Shown piece by piece: positions 41,128 to 54,235 of a stretch of DNA of 64,000 nucleotides (the stretch's first letter is position 1; every line of letters starts with the position of its first letter). The position numbers and the translations under genes are program-made. The notes under the pieces are model-generated. The model was not told the DNA's origin, ran no database searches, and saw only the letters and a program-made list of their open reading frames with translations. This stretch comes from Octopus vulgaris (taxonomy: Eukaryota): positions 126,542,001 through 126,606,000 of the forward strand of contig OX597818.1 of the NCBI GenBank assembly GCA_951406725.2, in the 5' to 3' direction.

Positions 41128-41808
41128 GAAATATTAAAATTACTAAGTCTCTCTAAAAGAGAACAGCGGCAGCGTTCCCGGAAAATAATAGTTATCGCCA
41201 TACTAATATGGCATTCTTATAAAAATAAGAATAAAGCTGTCCACTTATTAGCTCCATGAGGCCATCGCCTTAAGTTAGCTATTTGGTACACAAACTGTAT
41301 CCATATAACCTTCGAACAAGGGAGGTCAGTCGCTCCACACTACTTGACCGGTCAAGTAGTGTGGAGCGACTGACCTCCCTTGTTCGAAGGTTATATGGAT
41401 ACAGTTTGTGTATCAAATAGCTAACTTAAGGCGATGGCCTCATGGAGCTAATAAGTGGACAGCTTTATTCTTATTTTTATAAGAATGCCATATTAGTATG
41501 GCGATAACTATTATTTTCCGGGAACGCTGCCGCTGTTCTCTTTTAGAGAGACTTAGTAATTTTAATATTTCTATTATTGAAAACAAGTGGATGTATTCCA
41601 CCGAAACTAGGTAAATAAAACCATCGAACAGGGATTGTCGGAAGCGACACCTACTGGCTGGCTACGCTGCATTGAAAAGGGGCAATACCCCGAAACGCGT
41701 CTGTAGCTGCCGGTCAAGTAGTGTGGAGCGACTGACCTCCCTTGTTCGAAGGTTATATGGATACAGTTTGTGTATCAAATAGCTAACTTAAGGCGATGGC
41801 CTCATGGA
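41122..41808. mobile_element. Palindromic plus partial-tandem hammerhead-bearing non-coding element (PLE pLTR / retrozyme-like)
   Basis: 228-bp arms 41122-41349 and 41350-41577 with one mismatch and no spacer; 41348-41446 repeats directly at 41710-41808; bounded by (TA)n and (TACA)/(CA) tracts. Confidence 0.85.
41666..41707 (+). ncRNA. Minimal type I hammerhead ribozyme, U3-A8 core variant
   Basis: GCUGCA UUGAAAA GGGG-CAAUA-CCCC GAAA CGCGU C UGUAGC: stem I GCUGCA/UGUAGC, palindromic ACGCGU stem III, GUC site at 41699-41701. Confidence 0.75.
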
Positions 41809-41960
41809 TACATACATACACACAAACACACACACACACACAAACATATATACGTAAATGTCGAACGATGAAAATGAGTGTTCAGCACCTCAAGACAGAC
41901 AGCCAGACAGACAGGCAGGCAGACAGACAGACAGACAGACAGGCAGGCAGATAGACAGAC

Positions 41961-42033
<73 letters not shown>

Positions 42034-42355
42034 TAAAGTATTTGTTGGTTATATGTTTGTACAATTCAAAAATAAAACACATCATTGATACCTCATGTGT
42101 CTTTAGGAAATCATGCGGAAAGAAACGTACGAAACGTGATCCAGTCATATACTTAGGATGTATATTTCTTCAGTAGAATACACATACAAGTAATAAACAT
42201 ACACGGGTCTTCAATATTCGACCTATACCGAAATTAGCCCACTAATGAATGAGCACGTGATGGGAAAATCATAAATGCTTTTATCAGATTCTGTTCCATA
42301 AAATGACACGTTTCTTTGTTTGTTTCTTTCTTTCTTCCTTCCTTCCTCCTTTATT

Positions 42356-42418
<63 letters not shown>

Positions 42419-43038
42419 ATCTTTCTCTGTTTCTTTATGCAAATACACTCAAACATCATACACACACATACGCAGAGGATCACGTACATATACAAAACAC
42501 CCACAAAGGGATATGCATATGTACACACACAAATCACGCATACGCCCATATATATATATACACACATAAGTCCGTATATATGTACACACATACGCCCATA
42601 TATATATATGTGTGTGTGTGTATGTGTGTGTGAGTGTGTGAGTGCGCGCGTGTGTGCGTGTGTGTAATATATGTATGTATAAGTATTTATATATGTGTGT
42701 ATGTATGTATGTATGTATGTATGTATGTATGTATGCATGTATGTATGTTTGTATATGTATGCAAAGGTTTTCTGGGTCTCTGTGCGCCCCTATCAACTGT
42801 TGACCAACATTATATTCTTTTTCAGTCAAAATATTTTTCTTGAATCAGTTTAATGGATAAATCAAAAGGAAATTACGTTCATGGTATTCCATAAAATAGC
42901 AGTAACAAAGAGGGAAGCAAAATAACATCCGACTTTCTTCTCTTGTGTTGTGAGTCACGTGGTATGTCGTCAATATTTTTGTAACCACACGATACGGTTG
43001 TTCGTCTGCTCACACTATGCATACATACACACGCCTTC

Positions 43039-43096
<58 letters not shown>

Positions 43097-43279
43097 TTAT
43101 ACATATATACATACATACATACACACACACACATATATATATACATATATATATAATTAATTAATAAGGGTGAGAGAATTAGATACTAATTTAATATATA
43201 TTTATTCCACACCAAGTGGCCTAGTGCTACGAGAAACCTGGATTATTATATATTTTATAACATATTATATATTTTTACA

Positions 43280-43481
43280 AAATAAATATAAGAGAGTGGT
43301 CATATATTGCTCATAGCACCAGTTAATCCAAAAGGTTTCAACCACGAAAATACATGTTTCCCATGAAAGCCAGTACGACTGTTAGCTCACACGGACAGGG
43401 CAAATAAAAAATAACAAAAATATTTATTTTCGTGGTTGAAACCTTTTATTAATATGAGCAATATATGACCACTCTTATATT

Positions 43482-43490
<9 letters not shown>
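43280..43490. repeat. Imperfect inverted repeat in an island between (TA)n tracts
   Basis: aaataaatataagagagtggtcatatattgctcata...aaaaggtttcaaccacgaaaata mirrors tattttcgtggttgaaacctttt...tatgagcaatatatgaccactcttatatttattt. Confidence 0.8.
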
Positions 43491-43568
<78 letters not shown>

Positions 43569-43629
43569 TATATATACATATATATATGTATATGATAATA
43601 TATATATATATATATATATATAGTATATA

Positions 43630-43802
<173 letters not shown>

Positions 43803-44195
43803 ATGCATACACGTAAGTACATATTATCCATACAAACATTCTCAGCAGTACTACTTGTCTTCTTTGTGCCTACTCTGTCGGATATCCGCAGCTTCAGGTT
43901 TTGTCTTCGTCCCTTCCCCCTTTTTCTTCCACTCTGTCTTCATTAGTATATACTCCATTTTTAAACCTCTCTCACACCACCCTGTTGCTTCCTCGTGTTC
44001 TTTTATTGTTAGTTTCTGATGGAAATTCGGTCTAGAACTAGAAGGTTCCTATGTACAACTTGATCCTCCGAAATGGAGAGATCTATGAAATAGCTTACAA
44101 TAAAGGAACAACACGGATATTACTTCAAATAAAATAGACGCCTCTTCTCTTTGTGTGTTTGTGTGTTTGTGTGTGAGTGTGTGTGAGAGAGAGAA

Positions 44196-44234
<39 letters not shown>

Positions 44235-44598
44235 GAGAGATAGAGTCAAAGATCTTCGAGAACACAACATAACTGTTGTTGTTTGATACGAATGCATGCT
44301 GGTTGAGCGAATAGTCCGCTAATCTGTTCCTATCTAATACGTATATTCTGTGTGTATCTAGGCGTCATATCTTGCGCCCCGTCTTTCTTTCTGTCCGTCT
44401 AATCTGCCAATATTTGTTTGTCCCTGTCTGTCTTTTTGTTTCTCGCCGATTCACTTATGCCCTCACTATGTTCTCAGTGTCTGCATTTTTATCTGCCTTA
44501 CGCACATATTCAGAGACCGTATCTCTGCAAACACATGCGTATACAGACGCATGCACTCTTATAATACATGCATATATGCATGTGAATACACACACACG

Positions 44599-44654
<56 letters not shown>

Positions 44655-44797
44655 TGAATATTTCGAAAAGCTATATTACCAACTTATGTTTACCTGCTAC
44701 AAAATCTCCATACACATAAATACACACACAGGCACGAACGCATAAACATATACATATATGTATATACTTTTATCAAAGCCGAAACTACCTTCACAAA

Positions 44798-44835
44798 CTG
44801 TTACTCTGAGTTTCACGTTACCGTTCTTCGGACAA
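44798..44835 (-). ncRNA. Minimal type I hammerhead ribozyme (C4 variant), one arm of an inverted pair
   Basis: Minus strand UUGU CCGAAGA ACG-GUAA-CGU GAAA CUC-A-GAGU A ACAG; a decayed inverted copy lies at 44868-44905. Confidence 0.7.
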
Positions 44836-45760
44836 CTGTAATCATTATGTATACTGTATGATCACAACTGTTCCACGAACGGTAACGTGAAGCTCTGGAT
44901 AACAGTGTGTGAGGACTTTTTCAGATTTAACAAAAGCATTCGAGTACTACTTTTTCCACCGCGTTTTGTATTTATGCGCTTTCTCGTGTATACATGTATA
45001 CGTGTATACATAATTTCAACAGCTATAGTACTAAGGCAACGTGGATATGACTAAATGAATCCGCAGACAAGTCGCAATATGTTTAATACGCATACAACTA
45101 TTGAAAATTGATCATGAATAATATATAACTCTCTCGAGAATTTGGAGTGATGATGTGATCAACTAATTTCAGCGTTATTTAAAAACTGATTAGCGATCTC
45201 TTATATCAACATATATCTTTATATGGCTTTCATTTTCTTATTTATTCATAACAACACAGCTTTGGTTCTATTGTTGTCTATTTCCAACTAATTATTTTGT
45301 AAATTTATTATATAAAAGTATAATCCTCCATTATTTCATTTGGTTATAAGACATGATGCAGTTATTTAATTAAGACAAAACTAAACAGTCTAACCCTCAA
45401 ACCAGCTTGCTGAAACCTGTGTGGGTTTTTTTATTTATATACACATGTATGAACGTGGTTTGCAGTTTCAGCCCTCTGTGGTTTACCTCGAAAATCTTCT
45501 CAAATATTAAAAAAAAATTTGGACCTATAAAATATACGTTGAATACATTCGAAAATACCTATGGAAAAATATTAATTCACACCGAGGTTACGAACGGGTC
45601 TTTTACGAAATATTTACGTATTTTTTGTAATGGTTTTCACTTGAAAAGAAATTTTAAGTATACCAATATTTATATGGTATCCAACTGACGTACCAGTGAA
45701 TTGGATGTTTAACACACCCCTTTGAAGGATTTCTTTTCGTCAGTTTCTTACTATATATAT

Positions 45761-45890
45761 CCGAAGAACGGGGATGTGAAACTCTGAGTAACAGCATTTT
45801 AAAAATATTTCTGCTGCTTTTAAATAAAGCATATTACACTACCTCTGGTATATGAGTACTCTTTTTTCCACCTTGTTTCACATTTATGTG
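45761..45890 (+). mobile_element. PLE-like 3' end with hammerhead (same family as 44.8 kb)
   Basis: CCGAAGA ACGGGGAUGU GAAA CUCUGAGU A ACAG, then AATAAA and gagtactcttttttccacc shared with 44943-44960. Confidence 0.6.
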
Positions 45891-45932
45891 CTTACTCCGG
45901 TATGTATATATATATATATATATATATACATA

Positions 45933-46010
<78 letters not shown>

Positions 46011-46067
46011 AATTTTATATATCATGGAAACTCATATATATGATAACCAGGAAATATATATTTTGTA

Positions 46068-46113
46068 TCAGTAAGCAACATTTTCGAAACGTCTACAATA
46101 TATATACATATAC

Positions 46114-46179
<66 letters not shown>

Positions 46180-46243
46180 ATATATGTATATGTATATGTA
46201 TATGTATATATATTGTAGACGTTTCGAAAATGTTGCTTACTGA
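46068..46243. repeat. Inverted repeat enclosing a (TA)n tract
   Basis: tcagtaagcaacattttcgaaacgtctacaata and tattgtagacgtttcgaaaatgttgcttactga are exact reverse complements. Confidence 0.9.
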
Positions 46244-46737
46244 AAAAATTTGCAGTGGCGTAAAATTTCGTAATACAAAATCTATCTTTCCATTGATTTC
46301 CTGGTTATCAGTAAAGATGCGCTCGGAACATTTTTATTCTTTTATTTGCGACGTGAACAAAAAAAATGAAAGAAATAGTGTTTTTGCACGAAAAATTTAG
46401 TCTACAAACGAAAAGTTGCAGAGAATGGAGAGAGAAAAATTACGCGATTTTCACACAGAATACACATGTGTTTAGTCTAACAATTATTTTACACGAGTTT
46501 CCATGATTACAGGCTACATCCTAAAATTCCTGCAGGCGCAGTTTTCAGAGTACCCATTTTGCGGAGTATGTATGTATGTATGTATGTATGTATGTATGTA
46601 TGTATGTATGTATGTATGTATGTATGAATGTATGTATGTATGTATGTATGTATGTGTATGTATGTATGTATGTATGTATGTATGTATGTATGTATGTATG
46701 TATGTATGTGTGTGTATGTGTGTGTGCAAAATGAGCA

Positions 46738-47000
46738 TGGCGTATGGCTTATAGGTTAAGGTATTCGACGCACAACCGTCGTTAGTTCGATTCACGGCGG
46801 CAAGTTGTGACTTTGAGCAAAACATTTTATTTCACGTTGCTCCAGTCCACTCAGCAGGCAAAAAATGAGTAGTATGTGTATTTCAAAGGGCCAGTCTTGT
46901 CACATTCTGTGTCATGCTGAATCTCCCTAAGATCTACGTTAAGGGTACACGTGTCTGTGGAGTACTCAGCCACTTGTATGTTAATTTCAAGTGCAGGCTC
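46738..47000 (+). mobile_element. tRNA-derived SINE
   Basis: tggcttataggttaagg...agttcgattc...ctttgagcaaaacattttatttcacgttgctccagtccactcagc. Confidence 0.65.
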
Positions 47001-48164
47001 TTGTCGTGGTAAGTGACAGAATGCCAGTCAAAATCAACAAAGTATAAATGACTGGTCTAGCATGTTAAAATGAATTACAAGACATAGGCTCCTGTTTCAG
47101 TGAGAAAAAGAACAACATTTGTCGGTACACGAATCCTGTAACTATCACTTGTCGGGTGACCGCATTACTAGTTATGATGCTAAGCGCATCTGTTTATAAA
47201 GAACTGTTTATAAATTTAGTTTTATAAATATTATTATTACTTATGTAGACCAGTTCATTGTCCATAACTATGTCACTTAATTCACAGATACGTCGCCAGT
47301 CAGTTAACAATAGGAAAAGTAAGCTATTCCGTAACAGACGCCCGCACGCACCCGTACACATACACACGCATGCATATATGTCAGTACATGTATGCATAGT
47401 GGTTAGAGTGGCATATACACGCACGAGCGCATGTGTGTGTATGTACATATACGAAAATTAGCCAGGATATTTATAGTTATGTAGTGGTTAACATACTTAT
47501 TTGTAGGGAGCCAAATATGATTGTATTTAATTAATAATTACATAGACAATGAGCGAAAAATTGGAAAAAATATAGCATCAATGAATTGGTGTATGCAATT
47601 GAAATATTATTAAATTAAAACAGCCATCTAAGCATCATATTTAATGTATACATATTGCTGACAGGCAAAATACTGCGGTTTTTGTCCAAGATAAAACCTC
47701 TTATAGGCGTGCTGCGTTAAAAAAGCACAATATACATTTGAGAGGATTAAAATCGCTCCAGCAACAGCTAGCGAGGACTCCAGACACATTTCGGCCTTCT
47801 TGAGTGTTGTCAATGACATGTACTCGCAATCAAATGCCTAGACGAAATCTGAAGCCTCTGATATATATAGGAATTAGTGGTTGATATATTCACTGAAATT
47901 GCGAATAGACGCAGGACTAAATAAAAACACTGTGTTCGCAATTGCGTCGGTATTAGACTTAGAGAAAAACATCTATGTTTCATCTTTAACATATATGTAT
48001 CTTCACAGTTAAGGTACTGAGGTTTACGTCTGAGAAAAATGTTATCACGGACGATAACTCCGACACCTCTATTTATTTTACATTGACTGATGCTGAGCCT
48101 AATATTTGATAAATACACTAATAACATCGACAGGTTTTGAACCTGAAACAACGTGGTTTTAATT

Positions 48165-48555
48165 TTTATCCTCTTGTTTCATTCCTTGGACTGGATATGC
48201 TGAAGCATCAGCTTGAAGGGTTTAGTCGAACAAATCTACCCCAGTATATATTTTGGTTCACTCTAGTACTTATTCTATCGGTTGCTTTTGCCGCACCGCT
48301 ATTTCTACAGTGACGTAAACAAACCAGCACCGGTTGTCAAGCTGTGTTGGGGCACACACAAACACACACTCATACACACTTCCATACACATATACGACGG
48401 GCTTCCACACAGTTCCCATCAAACCCATTCAACAGGAATTCGTCGGCCCAGGGCTATAACAGAAGATATATGCCCATGGTAGTACACGGAATGACTGAAC
48501 CTCAAACACTCGCGGTTGAAAAGCAATCTTCATAGACACACAGCCATGACTGCGA
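48165..48555 (-). mobile_element. SINE family A
   Basis: ccagcaccggttgtcaagc body and acgacgggcttc...ggcccagggctataacagaaga head. Confidence 0.75.
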
Positions 48556-49493
48556 TTGAGTGTTTATATTAATGTCTCTATGCATGGATTCTTACAATAA
48601 ATATTTAAGATGACATATATATTATATATATTTTTGCGTATGATAGTCTATATGTATTGCCATCTATATATGTGTATGTGATTAAACGTGTGAGGGTGAA
48701 TATGCTTTTTTATGTACGGTGACAAGTTATAGCGGAAATGGCACCAAGAAAACAGAACCACCCACCAATTAAAAACAACTTGCCAAAGCTTACGTAGGGA
48801 ATGTGATTACAGGATCCCACCTCAAGTGACACGTGAATACACACACACAAGGACGGACACACACACGCACACAAATACATATATATAAGTGTGTGTGTGT
48901 ACATGTATATATGTATGTAGGTTTGTATGTATGTACATATATAATATATATATATGCATACATGTGTATATATATATATATATATATACATATATACATA
49001 TATATATATGTATGTATGTATGTATGCATATAAATATATATATATATGTATGTGTGTATAGATATGCCTGTGTGTGTGTTTGAGAGAGAGAGAAAGAGAA
49101 ACTGAGCGTTACACCTTATGCAATAGTATTTCTATTGACAACTGCCTTCTTTTGTGGTCATAGCTATTAAGTTGTAATTTGAACTCGGGCAACGAGAACC
49201 CTCTGGCGTTTTACGGTGCACAAAATAAGATCTTATCGCAGCATTGGTGGCCGTTGACTGGTTAGATGCATAGAAAGAGATAGATAGATAAATAGATAGA
49301 TAGATAGAGAGAGAGAAAGAAGGAGTTCGACAGACACACAAGTGTTTACGTATGTATCCACACGCACACACACTCACAAGCGCATACGCGCACACATACA
49401 TAGAAGGTAGCCCCAAAACAAGTACGCGTCTGAGAATTTGAAAGAAAATAAATAATAAGTAAAATAAAAATATAAAATAATTGCTTAAGTATA

Positions 49494-49656
49494 GGCATGG
49501 CCGTGTGATAAGAATCTTGCTTCCCAACGGCATGATTCTTGGCTCAGACCCACTGCGTGGCTCCTTAGGCAAGTGACCTCCACAATAGTCTTGGGCCGAT
49601 CTGAGCCTTGTGAACTTGTGAGTGGATTTGTAGATAGAAACTGATAGAAGCCCTTA

Positions 49657-49710
<54 letters not shown>

Positions 49711-49933
49711 ATATGTATGTATGTATGTATGTATGTGTGTATGTATGTGTGTATGTATGTATGTATGTATGTATGTATGTATGTATGTATGTATGTATGT
49801 ATGTATGTGTGTGTGTGTGTTTGTGTGTCTTTGTTCTATGTTTGTCCCACTATCACCGCTTGACAACCAGAGTTAGGGTGTTTACGTCCCCGTTATTTAG
49901 CGCTTTGGCAAAAGCGGCTGATAGAAATAAGTA
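49494..49933 (+). mobile_element. SINE family A with internal (TA)n/(TATG)n
   Basis: Head ggcatggccgtgtgataag, microsatellite at 49658-49820, body caccgcttgacaacc...gatagaaataagta. Confidence 0.8.
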
Positions 49934-50468
49934 ATGTGGAATTGCGATGAGAACAAAAGCAGCCCCATTTTTTGTAAACTCAGTAATGGGGTATTTCGAA
50001 TTGACTATATATCAAGTTTCCCTTCAAAATATGGATACTCCTACTTCCTATATATAAGAGAGGATTGGAAATGATGTCGGAATGATTGCTTTATCATTTG
50101 GAATAAAAGCATTAATAAACTATTCAAATTGAATTCATTGCTCAGTGGTATAAATACCAAAATCCAATTCACAATGGAATACAGCAAAGAGGAATTTCCA
50201 TGTTTTGATATTTTAATAAAAGAAAAGTTAACATTCAAATTGAAAACTAAAAACCTATAGACTCGAAGCAATATTCTGCTCATGTCATTCGAAACGCTTC
50301 AAAATATGTGTGTTTGTGTGTGTGTGTGTGTGTATGTGTGTGTGTGTGCATGCGTGTGTGTGCGTGTGTGTGTGCGTATGTGTGTATGTAATTCAGCGAA
50401 AATAATTTGCTCAGATAGTGTCGAGAGACATTACCCACCTTTACTAACAAATGATTGAATAAAACGTG

Positions 50469-50520
50469 CAAGAGGAATGATGCCCAGACGCCAAGAGGAA
50501 TGATGCCCAGACGCCAAGAG
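50469..50520. repeat. 23-bp tandem duplication
   Basis: caagaggaatgatgcccagacgc occurs twice, followed by caagag. Confidence 0.9.
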
Positions 50521-50552
50521 AAGACGAAATAATACACCCGATTTTTAAAAAC

Positions 50553-50990
50553 GCTACCTTATACATCTACCTGCACCTAGAAACAATGAAGCATATAACA
50601 TCATCATTCAAACTTTACCTACGCTCAATAGGGACCCTAAAATGAATAAAATTCTTTGCACTCACAAAATTCATCAAAATAGAAAAAAAACCAATCAAAA
50701 TCAGGAAAGAGAATATTGACATATGCAAAATTATAGCCAACAACAACTGAACCAAGAGTTGCAGAATGTGGGCGACCTAATTGAGGTACAAGTTCCAACT
50801 TACTTGAAGATTCGGATTTACATTTTAGATAGGAGCAAAGATTCAAAATAAGATTGAGTTTACCTGTACATCCCAAAACTTTATCTACGTTATACTTTAT
50901 TCAGGATGCGGACACAACTATATAGACCAAACAATAATGTCTTTCAAACGAAGAACACTGCATAAAGACATGCGGGAAATCTCCCATCAA
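50553..50990 (+). mobile_element. Neptune-like PLE fragment (thumb, Zn-knuckle linker, start of GIY-YIG), decayed
   Basis: LPYTST...PRNNEAYNIIIQTLPTLNRDPKM...ECGRPN*GT...FTCTSQNFIYVILYSGCGHNYIDQT, with frameshifts. Confidence 0.7.
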
Positions 50991-51144
50991 ACATCAAAAT
51001 TTTCCCTATTTACCAATGCAGTAGAACAACCTCTGTACAACAACAGTTAAATTAAGAAAAATATCAACAGTGCGTGAATATGAATATATAACCAATTTAG
51101 TTCATAAATATATATCTTTTTATTCTACATATATTTCACTTTTC

Positions 51145-51175
<31 letters not shown>

Positions 51176-51547
51176 TGTATGTATGTATGTATGTATGTAT
51201 GTATGTATGTAGGCAAATTTTAAACATACATACATGCACACACAAAGACGAACATAAAGATGTGTGCATATGTGTTCGGGCTTGCGATTCGTACATATAA
51301 ATACGTATACTTATATTAATTTATATATATATATATATATATATAGCACATTCTTACTCAAATACAAATGAATTTATATTCACATGCAGTACACTCATAA
51401 TGACATTCAATATATGAGTACTTCAAGTGTCACTGTACTGGTCAAAGTTATTAACCAGAAGCCTGAATTTACTTACGTTAGCGCCCCTACGTCACGAAAT
51501 GAAATATAGATAGTTCCAGTTCAGAGGGTGCAGATGAGCGTTTCGAG

Positions 51548-51585
<38 letters not shown>

Positions 51586-51717
51586 GAACAAAATACATAT
51601 ATATGTGTGTGTGTGTTTATATATATGTATATATGTCTATATATGTATTTATATATGCATGTAGGTATGTTCATATACATATATACATATATACATATAT
51701 AAACAGACAGACAGACG

Positions 51718-51827
<110 letters not shown>

Positions 51828-51981
51828 CGGAAATTGTTCTTTAGAGTGAGTGGATGTGCTAGAGAGTGGTTTTTGACACGTAAACATCTACACAAACATA
51901 TTACATGGACATACAGATACAGAACCTCTGGCACACACACACCGCCATGCGTTTACACCGACGTACAACTATACACACAGA

Positions 51982-52064
<83 letters not shown>

Positions 52065-52439
52065 CAGAACAAAGAAACCGGAGTGTTGAAGTGCATATAT
52101 GTTTGTACCTATCCGCAGGGTATTTTTCAGTGCTTTTGAAATTTCAGTTTCTATGCATGCATGCTTACATATGTCTATACGTAGAAGATGTGTGTTTATG
52201 TTTATCGGCATGAAGTGTCAGAACAGTGAGTGGCACAGGTTTTATAAAGTATATATATATGCTGTATATGTCATTATGTCAGTTGGCTGACATGACTTAT
52301 TTCTACGTTTCCTGAACGGTGTGGAAATGGAGACATTTTGTTTTTGAAGTTTTACAACGGTTAATCAGTTAAAATGACCCCCCTTTCACACTAACACTTC
52401 TTCACATTTTTGCATTCATTTCCATGTTGTTGTTTAGTC

Positions 52440-52962
52440 CAGGCACCCTCAACCACCGGGCCGCAGACCATCACCTGAAGGCACAGAAAGAATAAGATTT
52501 TAAATTTTATTTCTATTTGATTGACTATCGCAGTTTGCAGAATGTTTTGCATTATTTATGTATTATATAATTAATATATGTATTATATAATTAATATATA
52601 TATTATAAGGCGACGAGCTGGCAGATCCGTTAGCACGTCGGGTAAAATGTTTAATGGCTATTCGTCCATCTTTACTTTCTGAGTTCAAATTCTGCCGAGG
52701 TCAACTTTATCTTTTATCCTTTCGGGGTCGATAAAATAAATACCAGTTGAACACTAGGGTCGATATAATCGATTGACCCATGCTACAAACCTGCTGGCCT
52801 TCTAGCAAAATTTGAGACCAATACATATGTATTATAAATGTAATTGTTTAATTACATACTATGCCCTTTATTACGTTTTGTTATGCACGAAGTCCTACGG
52901 TTCGTGGGGAAAATGTTTCACTTGAAACCTGTCCTTGGTGCAAAAATGGTTGGTAATCGTTG
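52440..52962. mobile_element. hAT-Charlie-like MITE with a nested SINE B (about 52608-52820, + strand)
   Basis: Ends caggcaccctcaaccaccgggccgcagacc and gaaacctgtccttggtgcaaaaatggttggtaatcgttg; 8-bp flanks gtttagtc and atttagtt. Confidence 0.7.
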
Positions 52963-53484
52963 ATTTAGTTCCATCATTTGAGTACTGACAAACCAGACCT
53001 TCAATTAGAGCCGTTCCAGTAATGGATATCACATCTCTTTAGGGAGATTTTGGGACCATTTTCACAATGCTAGTCGTGATCCCTGCACTATGAAATATTA
53101 GCGTCGTTATCCACTATTCCAAATTATTAACAAAACCACCTACCTACATCATTACTGCTTATGGAATTCTTCAGATGGGCAGGGTTGTCCATACATGGTA
53201 GGGTGTGGACCAAAATATTGGCAACATCATCTAAGACATCTAGACATATATAACGAAATAAGGTAAGTAGTTACTGTATTTGAAGGAGTATAAAACTCAC
53301 ATTTTCCTAAAAGGCTATCTAAAAAAAACACCCTGGATCCTATATGCGAAGTTAGACCTCCCATAAGCTTTACTGCCCCCCCCCCCCAAAAAAAAAAAAC
53401 ATATTTTTCCTTGAACGTGTTGAAAATGAGGTGTGTCTAATATGTTTGTGTATATTTTATGCCTTGTAGTGCGGTAAATAAAAG

Positions 53485-53735
53485 TTGTAGCTTCATTCGG
53501 TATAACTAAATAAAACATGTATCTAAATTAGATATGGAGTTAAAAAGAAGGGTGTAGCTTTATAAAGATATGTAGCTAAATGAAACATATACATGAAGAT
53601 ATTGCTCCGTAGGATATGTAGCTAGATAAAAGATGTATCTCAATAATACATGTACATAAAAGAAACAACTTCATATGACGTAGCTAAATAAAATATTCTA
53701 CCTGAATATAACATGTAGCTAATGAAGACATGTGG
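53485..53735. repeat. Degenerate ~17-bp minisatellite
   Basis: Recurring TGTAGCTAAATAAAACA-like units. Confidence 0.7.
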
Positions 53736-54003
53736 CACTATTATTTTTCTGGAGAGACATTACTCGTGGGGTTGTGTCGCTCAGAGATCAGCGAGTCCTT
53801 CCAAGGTCAAGTCACTTTTTCTCCACCTTCAGAGGTCACAGCTCCATCAGAACTCCAGTAATATGGACATGGGATTAGAAATTTTTCAGGAAAGACTCAA
53901 AAAACCATGTGCACAGAAGAGCTACAGGTAGAGCAAGACTGAAATGGTTGGCTGGTGTTCCATTGTTGCAGTAGGTCACGCTTGAAAATCCAGCCGGAGA
54001 TTC

Positions 54004-54235
54004 ATATTTCTTTATTGCCCACAAGGGGCTAAACGCAGAGGGGACGAACAAAGACAGACAAACGGACTAAGTCGATTACATCGACTCCAGTGCGTAACTG
54101 GTACTTAATTTATCGACCCCGAAAGGATGAAAAGCAAAGTCGACCTCGGCGGAATTTGAACTCGAACGTAGCGGCAGACGAAATACCGCTATGCATTTCG
54201 CCTGGCATGCTAACGATTCTGCCAGCTCACCGCCC
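54004..54235 (-). mobile_element. Full-length SINE family B with 15-bp TSD
   Basis: TSD tccagccggagattc (53989-54003) and tccagtcggagattc (54236-54250); head ggcggtgagctggcagaatcgttagc, B-box gagttcaaattcc. Confidence 0.9.

Noticed and set aside
50782-50785. TGA at a Cys position in a PLE Zn knuckle (possible selenocysteine)
   Set aside because: The copy has other stops, frameshifts and lost cysteines, so simple decay is more parsimonious.
53485-53735. CRISPR-like periodic repeats
   Set aside because: Degenerate tandem minisatellite without unique spacers or cas genes, in eukaryotic context.
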